A stretch of 64,000 bases of DNA, taken from NCBI GenBank assembly GCA_964016885.1, contig OZ024742.1:80724001-80788000 (forward strand), read 5' to 3'. This DNA is from Eledone cirrhosa. Taxonomy: Eukaryota. Under the pieces are notes generated by a model. That model ran no database searches, was not told the DNA's origin, and was given only the letters and a program-made list of their open reading frames with translations. This document shows positions 15,018 through 26,799 of the stretch, one piece after another (the first letter of the stretch is position 1; each line of letters starts with the position of its first letter). The position numbers were made by a program, and so were the translations under genes.

Positions 15018-16137
15018 TCTATATATTAATTTGAACAACGTCACTATTTCGTGTGTCATAATTCTCGATTATCATTGGTTCCTAGGTTTCAAACGACTCC
15101 GCCCACCTCAACGACGCCAAACTTAAATTAATAGGCATAATGCCAATGAGGGAGTGATAGGGGAGAGTAAGAAACAGAGAGGCAAAGTGAACTCTGTAAC
15201 TATTACTATGTCTGCGTGTGCACGTACGTTCGCGTATGTTTATGTGTGTGTGCGTGCGTGCAGCGTTCCACAGAAAGTAAAATCTATCAATACGTGTGAG
15301 TGTGTAAGTGTGTGTAAGTGCACGGGTGCGTGTGTAAGTTTGCGTGCGTGTGCGCATTTCCATGCGTGTATGTGTGTGTACGTGGGGCGTTCCACAATCG
15401 CCACGCAGTTTGTCTATCTGTGTGCCTGTCTGTCCGTCTAACATACACAGAGTTGTGAAGGGAGTAAAGAGGGACCTTTTTTTACATTGACGGACATCTT
15501 TTATATTTATGATTGTGTCATTTTTTGACAATTGCTCGAAATAAAATCAATTCTACTTTATCAAACAGTGAACTACAGCGGCGACAGCGGGCACCCAGGA
15601 ATGAAGAAAAACGGGCTGAACAGCGCCATCAGAACGCCGAACTTCAGAGGCGAAGACGTGCCGCCATGAATGAAGAGGTGTTGGCTGAACAACGTCAACG
15701 AAACACTGGAGCCAAGCAGAGACGGCGTGCTTCGAAGGTTGAAGACGCACTGTCTGAGCATCATCTTTTATATTAATTATCTATATCTATAACTACATAT
15801 GATATAAACGGGTGGAGCTTCGATCATCCTTTTGAGAAACATGGTACAACCACGTCTATGCAATTATACACGTTTTACAGTCAGGCAGAAGATGAACCAT
15901 CTCCTAGAGGTCACTATTCTAGGTGGGAGCACCTAGAATTGTTCATATACTACGCACAAACGGTACAATGAAGAATCTGGTATATCTGGAAGATTTTTTT
16001 TACTGTCTTCTGTATCACACAGACACCACGGACTCTCTCATACTGTAACCAGACAAACATCCAATACAGTCATTTTCTCTTTTACCTGTCTTCTCTTATT
16101 ATCTGTTTACCCGGGCGAAGCCTGGTACGTCAGCTAG
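15018..16137 (+). mobile_element. Non-autonomous Helitron, unit 2 (head-to-tail with unit 1)
   Basis: CTAG/TC junction at 15017/15018, same termini as unit 1, ends CTAG|T. It has an extra Arg/Glu-rich segment at 15515-15768. Confidence 0.85.
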
Positions 16138-16868
16138 TATATATATTTATGTGTGAGTTGGTGTGTGTGTGTGTGTGAGTATGCGTGTGTGTGTGTGCGT
16201 GCGAATGTGTGTAGAAGCGTGTGCAAGTGAGGACACCGTAATCAGTTAACGGGTTTGATCTCATTGTGTCTTATTATTACATTTTCATTCCCCGTTCGCC
16301 ATCGAATGAATAGGATCTGAAGCTATATTCTCCAATTTTGTAACACACCATGATACAACAATTGCCATGCTTACAAGATATATACGAGGGTAGTAAAACA
16401 ATTGTTTGCACTTTCGTAATAATATATCTTTAACTTATTCACTCTGCCGTCTGCTCCTGTCTGCTCATAATTGTTATGATTGGGGTCACGTAAGCGAAGT
16501 TTGTTCTTGATCAGGCCTGTTTTCTTGCTGCTATTACAGTGTAAACATTACCGCTCCGTGAGCAGTGTGCACGAAGGAAGAACAATTAACAGTGTTACGA
16601 TTTCTCTGTTCGAAAGCTGTGTTGATGAAACTGTACGTGTTACAATATTTATGGAAGCCTTGAAAAAGCTTTTTAACCAATTCTTTATTGCGGGTTTAAC
16701 GATTTAGGTGAAATTATATAAAAGTAAAGTGATATTCACGAAACCGAAGAAATAATATCTCCTCTACATATAAAATTTCCCATATTGCCTATAATGAAGC
16801 CTTTCACAAGCGATGTCTACGGTTCCTCTATGGAGAGAGGTAAAATGACTGATGTTAGAAAATTGACA

Positions 16869-17841
16869 TCTCTATATATATAAAATTCTTTGTATGTCCC
16901 TCTGTCTGTTTGCCTCTCTGTCTGTTCCTATGCATTCTCTAACGGCTGGACCAAATCAACTCAAATGTTACAAGGGAATAGACCCCGGGAGTGTTAACAC
17001 GCAATTCTTATGTTCATTTGGATTAAAACAATATAATAATTTATCTAAAATATATATTTCTATAGTAAAGTCTGGTAACCTCAAACCACGATGACATCAT
17101 ATTGTATATGCTTGTGTATGTGTCTGTGAGTGTGTGTGTGTTTTCGAGTTCGTTACATACGTTAGGTTTCAGAGAATTAAACACACACAAACACAAACAT
17201 CTACACATACAGATACATATGTTATAACAGAGAGGCGTGCATCAATGTATGTCTATGTGTGTATGTGAGTATATCTCTGTGTGTATGTGAGAGTGTGTGT
17301 GGGTGTATGTGAGAATGTATATGTGTGTGAGTGCATGTTTGATAATTTTTATTTTCATTTGGATGAAAACAATAGATAATAACACAACGAGGTCACATTT
17401 TGTGTATGAATATTATGTGTATGTGAGTGTGTGTGTGCCCGTTCATTGGGTACGCTATTAAATACACACATATCTATACCTATGTAGCGACTGTAAAAAA
17501 ATGAGGTGAAACGTTATGCATGTGTCTGCCTAAAGGTATGTCTGTGTGTGTCTATCTTAGTATATGTATGTGAGAGTGTATGTGGGTGACTGTGTAGCAA
17601 CAAATTATTCATTTGGACACCAACAAAAAATTACACAATGAATATTGTTTACCCTAAGATGCTTCAAGATTGACAGATTTTCATTTCTAAATTCTATTAA
17701 CACTACAATTTTGATTTTTTTAAAATAAAATATAGAAATTTTGAAATAATTATGAGAAAAGAAAACATATCTTCATATTTATTGTTTACTAATCTGAATA
17801 AGAAGATCAGTAACCCGGGGAACGCCGGGTTCTTCAGCTAG
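16869..17841 (+). mobile_element. Non-autonomous Helitron (second family)
   Basis: 5' TCTCTATATATATAAAA..ctgtctgt; 3' hairpin aacccggggaacgccgggtt followed by CTAG|T. Confidence 0.8.
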
Positions 17842-18742
17842 TATTCTATAAATGTTGCATTGAATCCTTTGTTTGCAATACCAATAATGAGTGGTGGGTT
17901 ATGTCGTCAGAATGATGACGATATAATTCGAAAAGTGGTGATATATAGCCAGCACGTCAATGGAAGGAAACGCGTAAGGAGAAAATGGCTGAGGTACAAA
18001 TATAGCATCTCTCTTTTCGACAGTTATATCAACATATTCATCAAGCAATTCGTAAACACTCAGTTATTCTTTGATTACTTATATGTAATCAATAATAACT
18101 GCAAAAAACAAACTTCATTATCATCCGCAAGTGAAGTATTTAAGGGCTCCTCTTATCCGCCAAGAAGTACATTTTGATGGAAAACACATTGCTAGGACAC
18201 ACAGACCCACAAACAGAAATGCACCACCAAATATAATTCTGACACTACACTCTAACAGTATGGAATGCTTTCTATTTATTCGCTCACACTTTACGCTACA
18301 TTAACAATTGACTTGACTTACATAGGAAAAATAAAATGTATACATACACTGACCAACACAAGGTTCAATTATACTAAGTTTCAGTATTTTCCATAATTGT
18401 CCCACCCACCTTATAATTTATATATAATTACAAATTATGCAGAGAAATAGTCCAGATTTTTGCAGGAATTGCTTCAGTTTGACTGGGTAACAAAAGCCTG
18501 AATTGTCAATTCACACCTTCTCCCAGAAGACTTCATCTAGAAATCATATTCACACATTTTGATCACGAAGCCAATGGTATGCATCCCTTTATAAGATACA
18601 AATGCATCCTGACTCTAGCCTAGATACCTAATCTAGTGTTATAAATGTTACGAATGTACGAGTAAACAATAGTTCAATAACCTTTTTATATATAGATACC
18701 TCCCTACCTACACTTCTCTGTCCCTCTCTCCCTCTCTATCTC

Positions 18743-18811
<69 letters not shown>

Positions 18812-18974
18812 ATGAAGTCAAATAGGTAAAATTTGGTTTCCTTTATTATAAATTATAGACTACTCCGGAGTAAACAACCCAACCTGCGTACTTCGTCGAG
18901 TGTTCCAATATGCATACTGAGGTGTTGGTTAACAAACAACATATAGTCAAAATATATATATACATATATCTCTA

Positions 18975-19050
<76 letters not shown>

Positions 19051-19057
19051 AAAATAT

Positions 19058-19188
19058 ATTCCTGACGTTTTCTAAAGAATGAAACAGTTCTAGCCCTGTA
19101 GAATTTCATCTATATTAACACTTTTATATTCTGCTATGTATTGAGTACCTTACTTACTGTGGTTACCTCCGATTCAACCCGGAATAAC

Positions 19189-19190
<2 letters not shown>
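19058..19190 (+). mobile_element. PLE pLTR fragment with decayed HHR between (TA)n arrays
   Basis: attc-CTGACGT-..-GAAAcagttctagccctGTA-gaat, homologous to 44581-44650. Confidence 0.55.
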
Positions 19191-19262
<72 letters not shown>

Positions 19263-19554
19263 TATAAACTATGTCCATAGAATCATTTGATAATATATAT
19301 ACACCATTTCCTCTCCCAATTAGCATAATCAACCACACAAAAAAACAATTAAACCAGGCTATAAAATTAAATGGCACCTATGAAGACATAGTAGATAAAT
19401 AAACGTCACCAATCTATTCGCGATCAACTGCTATAGAATATTTATCCAATCTTTCAATAGCACGTGAAAATCGATTAAATATACCGTCAACCATACACAA
19501 ATAGGTATGAAATTAAAGTTAGAAGAAAAATGCACATACACATGCCACGAATGC

Positions 19555-19635
19555 GTTTCTACCATTAGGGTTGCGTTCGCTTTCGGAAATATCCTATCAA
19601 GGATAAATTCTCGAGCTTCGAACTCATCAGGAAAC
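19555..19635 (-). ncRNA. Type I hammerhead motif, core mutated (GAAA to GCAA)
   Basis: Minus strand reads gtttc-CTGATGA-gttcg..cgaac-GCAA-ccctaatgg-TA-gaaac. Confidence 0.6.
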
Positions 19636-20237
19636 AAACTCACTTGGAGAAAGATATGTCTTAAATGATCCCCGCCTGAAACGAATTCAAAATGACTAAG
19701 AACTGTGACCTGGCAGTGGTCAAGTCAGAAAGAATGTGATTGGTGACTTACGGCGATCGGGCTGGTTGCTAGAAAGTGCAGCCAAATATTGCCCAAATTG
19801 CATCTCAACCTTAAGGGAGATTATCAAATATAAAGATTTACATATACACAAACTAGACAAAGTCACAGATATATATCTCTCTGGCAACCGTTCACGATGT
19901 GGCTCAATGATGAATTAATAAATTAAATAATAGAGAAATATACTATAAAGTATGTCCATAGAATCATTTGATAATATATATACACCATTTCATCTCCCAA
20001 TTAGCATAATCAACCACACAAAAAAACAATTAAACCAGGCTATACGATTAAAAGGCACCTATGAAGAAATAGTAGATAAATAAACGACAGCAATCTATTC
20101 GCGATCAACCGCTATAGAATATTTACCCAACATTTTAATAGCACGTGGATATCGATTAAATATACCGTCAACCATACACAATTAGTTATAAAATGAAAGT
20201 TAGAAGAAAAAATGCATATAAACATACCAGGAATACA

Positions 20238-20287
20238 TTTCTACCCTTAGGGTTTCGTCGCTTTTGAGCTTCGAACTCATCAGGAAA
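20238..20287 (-). ncRNA. Type I hammerhead ribozyme motif
   Basis: Minus strand reads tttc-CTGATGA-gttcg..cgac-GAAA-CCC(TAA)GGG-TA-gaaa. Confidence 0.8.
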
Positions 20288-20427
20288 CAAACTCACTTGG
20301 ACAAAGATGTTTCTTAAATCATGCCGGCAGAAACGAATTCAAAATGGCTAATAACTGTGACATGGCAGTGGTCAAGTCAGAAACAATGTGATTGGTGGCT
20401 TACGGAGAGAGGGCTGGTTGCTAGAAA

Positions 20428-20461
<34 letters not shown>

Positions 20462-20463
20462 TA

Positions 20464-22128
20464 TACATTATGAAGAGAGAAGAAACATTTAGATATAATT
20501 AGTAATAAAATGTATCATACCTAAACTGCTCCTAAATTCCTCGACTACGTAGTTTCGTGGCATAAACAAAAACAATATATCATAAAGATATAGAGTCCTT
20601 GCGAGGTCTGCCGACTTATCAAGAGGATACCTCATTTTACTAGTCTCAAGAACGCGTCTACACGACGTGAGAAAGAATCCCAAAAGGCGGAGGGGGAGAT
20701 AGTCACGCGATATAACGGTCGAGAAACAGAGCTAAGCCTCTTATAACCCCGAATAAAATACCACGGAGGCGGAGGGGGTATTCATATCGAGGCCGTAGAA
20801 GAGGTGGTGAAGAATGCGAGAAGTATGAGTAATGGAAGCTTTCCAGCTGTCCCCACACTTCAAAGATTGCTCGACCAGAGGGAGTTATTAACAATATATT
20901 TAGAAACACACAGATACATGCGGACACACACATATATACATGAATGCATCCGCACCCAACTGTGAGTTAAGGGTGCCAACTTCACCGATGTTGCTCAATG
21001 AATGACTGGGACAGACCAATTCAGTTGAACTAGACTGAACCAGTATCAGAGTTAAAAATACATTATGAAGAGAGAAGAAACATTTAGATATAATTAGTAA
21101 TAAAATGTATCATACCTAAACTGCTCCTAAATTCCTCGACTACGTAGTTTCGTGGCATAAACAAAAACAATATATCATAAAGATATAGAGTCCTTGCGAG
21201 GTCTGCCGACTTATCAAGAGGATACCTCATTTTACTAGTCTCAAGAACGCGTCTACACGACGTGAGAAAGAATCCCAAAAGGCGGAGGGGGAGATAGTCA
21301 CGCGATATAACGGTCGAGAAACAGAGCTAAGCCTCTTATAACCCCGAAGAAAATACCACGGAGGCGGAGGGGGTATTCATATCGAGGCCGTAGAAGAGGT
21401 GGTGAAGAAGGCGAGAAGTATGAGTAATGGAAGCTTTCCAGCTGTCCCCAGCTCATATATACATGAATGCGGATGCATTCATGTATATATGTGTGTGTCC
21501 GCATGTATCTGTGTGTTTCTAAATATATTGTTAATAACTCCCTCTGGTCGAGCAATCTTTGAAGTGTGGGGACAGCTGGAAAGCTTCCATTACTCATACT
21601 TCTCGCCTTCTTCACCACCTCTTCTACGGCCTCGATATGAATACCCCCTCCGCCTCCGTGGTATTTTCTTCGGGGTTATAAGAGGCTTAGCTCTGTTTCT
21701 CGACCGTTATATCGCGTGACTATCTCCCCCTCCGCCTTTTGGGATTCTTTCTCACGTCGTGTAGACGCGTTCTTGAGACTAGTAAAATGAGGTATCCTCT
21801 TGATAAGTCGGCAGACCTCGCAAGGACTCTATATCTTTATGATATATTGTTTTTGTTTATGCCACGAAACTACGTAGTCGAGGAATTTAGGAGCAGTTTA
21901 GGTATGATACATTTTATTACTAATTATATCTAAATGTTTCTTCTCTCTTCATAATGTATTTTTAACTCTGATACTGGTTCAGTCTAGTTCAACTGAATTG
22001 GTCTGTCCCAGTCATTCATTGAGCAACATCGGTGAAGTTGGCACCCTTAACTCACAGTTGGGTGCGGATGCATTCATGTATATATGTGTGTGTCCGCATG
22101 TATCTGTGTGTTTCTAAATATATTGTTA
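20464..22128. mobile_element. Young tandem plus inverted array of a 595-bp non-coding HHR-bearing unit in (TA)n
   Basis: Left arm 20464-21450 has period 595, and right arm 21468-22128 is in the opposite orientation. Copies are nearly identical, with HHRs at 20538-20627(-), 21133-21222(-) and 21795-21884(+). Confidence 0.9.
21795..21884 (+). ncRNA. Type I hammerhead ribozyme, U3-A8 core variant
   Basis: TCCTC-TTGATAA-gt(c)ggca..tgccac-GAAA-CTACGTAG-TC-GAGGA. Stem III is palindromic and the predicted cleavage is after 21879. Identical copies lie at 20538-20627 and 21133-21222 on the minus strand. Confidence 0.8.
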
Positions 22129-22428
22129 TATATATATATATATATATGTATATGTGTGCGTGCGTGTGCTTATAGAGATGAACATACGCACACTGACACA
22201 CTGACACGCACACATAAACGAACATACACATATACATATATATATATATATTATAATGAAATGACAGGAGGCTGGATTTGTGTAAATCCTTGAAAGGTTT
22301 ATTATACTATGATCATTTCAATGACCGGTTTCCATATGAATCCGGTGATATCATCAGGTATTCGAAATACAATGCGTGAATGTAATAGATAAAATCCATA
22401 TCTATTACATTCACGTATTATATTTCGA

Positions 22429-22610
22429 TGGATTGGTAGTATCGGTAGAGGGTCGGACGCCATGCTTTGTAGCATAGAGTTACGGCCCGTTATGATCTGA
22501 GTTCAAATCCCGCCGAGGTTAACTTTGCCTTTCATCCTTACGGGGTCGATAAAATAAAGTACCAGTAATACACTGGGATAATTGCTGGCCTTGTGCCTAA
22601 AGTAGAAACA
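22429..22610 (+). mobile_element. tRNA-derived SINE (family A) with 12-bp target-site duplication
   Basis: B-box-like gagttcaaatcc and conserved body aactttgcctttcatccttacggggtcgataaaataaagtacc. TSD ATTATATTTCGA lies at 22417-22428 and 22611-22622. Confidence 0.9.
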
Positions 22611-22622
22611 ATTATATTTCGA

Positions 22623-22680
22623 ATACCTGATGATATAACCGGATTCATACGGAACCCGGTCATTGAAATGATCATAGTAT
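22623..22680 (+). ncRNA. Minimal type I hammerhead ribozyme
   Basis: ATAC-CTGATGA-tataaccgg..ccggtcatt-GAAA-TGATCA-TA-GTAT with palindromic TGATCA. Other copies lie at 22304-22361(-) and 26411-26468(+). Confidence 0.8.
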
Positions 22681-22880
22681 AATAAACCTTTCAAGGATTT
22701 ACACAAGTCCAGCCTCCTGTCATTTCATTATAATATTTAACTCCGTAATAGCACCACCAACTACAAAAGCATAGACGGTTGAACTGTTTTACGTTGAGTA
22801 CTCTCTATATTATTACATTACGATTGACCATACTGAATAGACCAGCTCTATACAGTGGTGAACCTCAAACCTGAATATAG

Positions 22881-22935
<55 letters not shown>

Positions 22936-24523
22936 TGTGTGTGTATGTGTGTGTGTGGGGGGGGGGGGTGCGTGTGTGTGTGTGTGTGCGCGTGTGCGTG
23001 TATGTGTGTGTGTCAGTGTGCGTATGTGCATCTGTATGCTTAAGGATACAGATATATGAACACTGTGCTTCATTAAATCAGTCTCTGGTCTATAGTAAAC
23101 TGTTGCTAACTAGAGAAATTGTTTCCGTTGATTTCTCATTTAAGTGAAGTGGAACACAAAATATTTATATATTTCCTTTGATTTTTTTTTTTTGTATTTA
23201 TTATGGAACATTTACTTTCAAATCCTCATTCTATATTCTTTTTTACACTATATTTTTTCTGCTATAGTTATTCGTTGCATATTTATTTGTTAAAGTACCG
23301 TATACATGTAAAATTCATTTTCCTTTTTATATCTTGCAAATATATTGAAACATCTCGCGAATTCTATTCGACGTGTGCAGTCTTATGCTTTAATTTCTGT
23401 ACCTTATAATTATAAAATCATTTATATTTTCGATGGTGAATATTGATTTTCACGTGAAACTATTATATTTCGAAGTCCAACCTATTTTATAGTTGATGTT
23501 TGATGTGTCTATTGAATCGATGTTTGATGTGAAATGAATCTGCTAATGAGTCCGTTAAGCTTTGAATTTGAAAATTGTGATGCATATGCTAAATTATTTG
23601 TTTATTTAACACCTTTCTTGAATGAGTGCACATGTTATGCATTTAATATCTATATGAAATAAGTAACATATTTATTAGGGATGGTATACCCGGAAAACCT
23701 CCTTTTTCCTTAGAGTTTCCTGCAAAGAAATCCACGCAAGTTACGCAGCCATAGGTACAATAAATTTATAATTTATTGAATTCATGTATATATAGAACAT
23801 AACATTTTATTTAAAGAAATATATATTAAGAATAAAAAGTAAACAAGATAAAATATTGGGTGTTTGGCTGAAAAATTAATAAACGATCAAAGACAGAAGA
23901 TTACGTAAGATAATGTATAAAATAAATAAACGTCACCGTTAAAAGAGTCTGCAAGCAGCTAAGCATTAATTTAATTTTTCAACAAACTTCAATCGGTTGA
24001 TCTTCTTAAAAGAGTAAATTAATTCGTTGAATAATCTTTCATCTAAATGTTTAATATTCAGTTATATAATAATGATATCATTCATACAAGAAAACTTAAA
24101 TATACAAATTAATAAAATGTCTCGTTTATTACTTTCAATGTGTGATTAAATTATTTTCCATATTTGATTTTTTATTAGCACTATACACATTATTTAGTAT
24201 TAATAAGCAATATAAAGGGATAGAATACATGCATTAAATGTTTATTTAATATTCATCATTTATATTAAATTTTCTGAGATGTGTATGAAGCTGTACTGCA
24301 AATATTAACACATCAGATTGAAATATGTCGTGGCTACTACATTTATGACAGAGTTCTTTACGTCATAGGATAGTTAAAGTGCCCGATGTGACAAATAATC
24401 CCATAATGAATGTTCAAAGAAGAAGTAATACAAAACAGGATCACATGAACGTAATCTAAGAATCATCATATTTAATATTGATGAAGTGCTACAGGTCAAA
24501 TACATGGCGTATGTTAGTTACGA

Positions 24524-24815
<292 letters not shown>

Positions 24816-24889
24816 CTCCCCTCTCTGTCTCTCTCTCTCTCTGTGTATATAAAAGTTTACATATATATATACATACACATACATATACG

Positions 24890-25326
24890 CGTTTTGCAAC
24901 TGGTCACTTTTTGGCTCAATGAAAAATTAATAAATTAAACAATCAGAGCTATATATCATAAAACATGTCTATAGAATCACAAGATAAAATATATACTATT
25001 TCCTCTCCCAATTAGCATAATTAACTATATAAAAAATCGAATAGACCAGGCTATACGAATGAGGCTTCTATGAAGCAATCTCCAACAAATAACCTAAACT
25101 AGTGCTTCGCGTCGGCCGTAGTGGAATATTTATCGAATATTTCGACATTCGATAAATATTCCACTACGGCCGACGCGAAGCACTGGTTTGGGTTATTTGT
25201 TGGAGATTGCTTCATAGAAGCCTCATTCGTATAGCCTGGTCTATTCGATTTTTTATATAGTTAATTATGCTAATTGGGAGAGGAAATAGTATATATTTTC
25301 TCTTGTGATTCTATAGACATGTTTTA

Positions 25327-25335
<9 letters not shown>
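24890..25335. repeat. Near-perfect ~380-bp palindrome derived from a relative of the 682-bp family
   Basis: 24950-25138 is the reverse complement of 25146-25335. It shares tcctctcccaattagcataa and accaggctata with the 19261-20426 element. Confidence 0.9.
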
Positions 25336-25371
<36 letters not shown>

Positions 25372-25375
<4 letters not shown>

Positions 25376-25835
25376 CAGAAAATATTGTTTGGGTAAAAAC
25401 AGGAGTAAGTAGGAGAAAGCGGTCAGCAATCGTAAATTTTAGTTACGATGGAGAATTTTATAAAAATAAGAAAATGAGATGCTGAGGTTACATATACAGT
25501 TTAATCATTATAATTATTTCCACGGGTCTCCATGCAATCGAGATGCCCTTCATGCATTTGCTCTTGTAATAAAAACGGTATCCTCAGATGAATAACCGAT
25601 ATGTTTGATAAGTCTCTGGCTGGTAAAAACACACGTCCTATTGCTCGTGTGCCCAGCAGACATAGACTGTGTTTTTACCTGCCAGCGACATATCAAACAT
25701 ATCCGTTATTCATCTGAGGATACCGGTCTCATAACAACAGCAAATGTATGAAGTGCATCTCGATTGCATGGAGAGTTGTGGAAATAATTATAATGATTAA
25801 ACGATATATGTAACCTCAGCATCTTATTTTATTAT
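25372..25835. mobile_element. Older inverted pLTR pair with HHRs, between (TA)n arrays
   Basis: Arms ~25465-25640 and ~25662-25835. HHR TCAT-CTGAGGA-..-GAAA-TAATTA-TA-ATGA lies at 25710-25796(+) and 25505-25591(-). Confidence 0.75.
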
Positions 25836-25847
25836 TTATATATGTAT

Positions 25848-25900
<53 letters not shown>

Positions 25901-26530
25901 CGTGTGTGTGTGTGTATATATGAGTGTGTGTGTAGAAATGATGAAGTTCGTAATAGCACGGAAAATATATTTAAGGGACTGTTCTTCCTTTTTTAGCCTT
26001 TCTTTGATTCGTCAAATTAAAATTATTGAAAAAATGAGAGAGACAATTCTTTTAAAAAAAGTTTTATAATATATATAAAGTATATAAGTATTACCAGTTT
26101 CGATGTATTATCAAAATTCGTCTTATTGAATGTTGAGTATTGAAATAAAAAATTAAAACGAATTAATAGGAGTTAAAAACTAAAACTTAGAGATTCAAAT
26201 TTAAAATCAAATATTAGAGAAAGTTTTTTGCCATCTTTCTTGATCAAAATTTGGCGGGAGAGTGATCTCATTTTAATGGAGAGGAAATAGTGAATATAGC
26301 AGCAGCTATGTTTCTTCATAGCCGGGACTATAAACTTCTAAATGTGTGGTCGTCTTCTTTTCTCTCTGCCTTTTCAGCCCCATGGGATATACTTCTTCGT
26401 TAAATTTCGAATACCTGATGATGTCACTGGATTCATACTGAACCCGGTCCTTGAAATATTCATATTATAATAAAGTTTAAGGAATAACACCAGTCCAGCC
26501 TCCCATTATTTTATAATTATAATATATGTA

Positions 26531-26762
26531 CGAGGTGTGTCAGAAAAGTTCCAGGACTGATGTCACAAAAGATTTATTTCAAACCGAAACTTCACGCTAA
26601 GAGTTTTCTCCTTCAAAGTAATCCCCCTGGAGTCTAATGCACTTTGTCCATCCTTTTCTGCCACGCTTGCATGCACTCTTGGAATGATTCTTCCGGGACC
26701 CTCCGTAGTTCAGTCGTCACGGTCTTTTTCATGTCGTCCACGTCTTCGAAACGAGTCCCCTC
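26531..26762 (-). mobile_element. Mariner transposon 3' end (transposase C-terminus plus TIR)
   Basis: TA|CGAGGTGTGTCAGAAAAGTTCC terminus. The minus strand encodes GTRFEDVDDMKKTVTTELRRVPEESFQECMQAWQKR..KCIRLQGDYFEG. Confidence 0.85.
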
Positions 26763-26799
26763 CGGGTCGTACTCGAAGATCCATGACTGTCCCTAGCAG

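Larger units (their letters stand above)
19261..20426 (-). mobile_element. Non-coding ~682-bp tandem unit (1.7 copies) with one HHR per unit; retrozyme or PLE-derived
   Basis: 19261-19775 matches 19943-20426. HHRs lie at 19555-19635 and 20238-20287, and the element abuts (TA)n. Confidence 0.7.
22250..22735. mobile_element. Inverted PLE pLTR pair (HHR in each arm) interrupted by a SINE
   Basis: 22250-22372 is the reverse complement of ~22611-22735, with a central hairpin at 22371-22419. Confidence 0.8.

Noticed and set aside
16383-16740. TACGAGGG mariner-like terminus
   Set aside because: I found no matching second TIR or transposase motif.
20489-21933. Repeated 64-106-aa ORFs (MGFFLTSCRRV.., MVKKARS..)
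   Set aside because: They recur only because the 595-bp unit is repeated, and the frame shifts in the 38935 copy while the RNA motif is kept.
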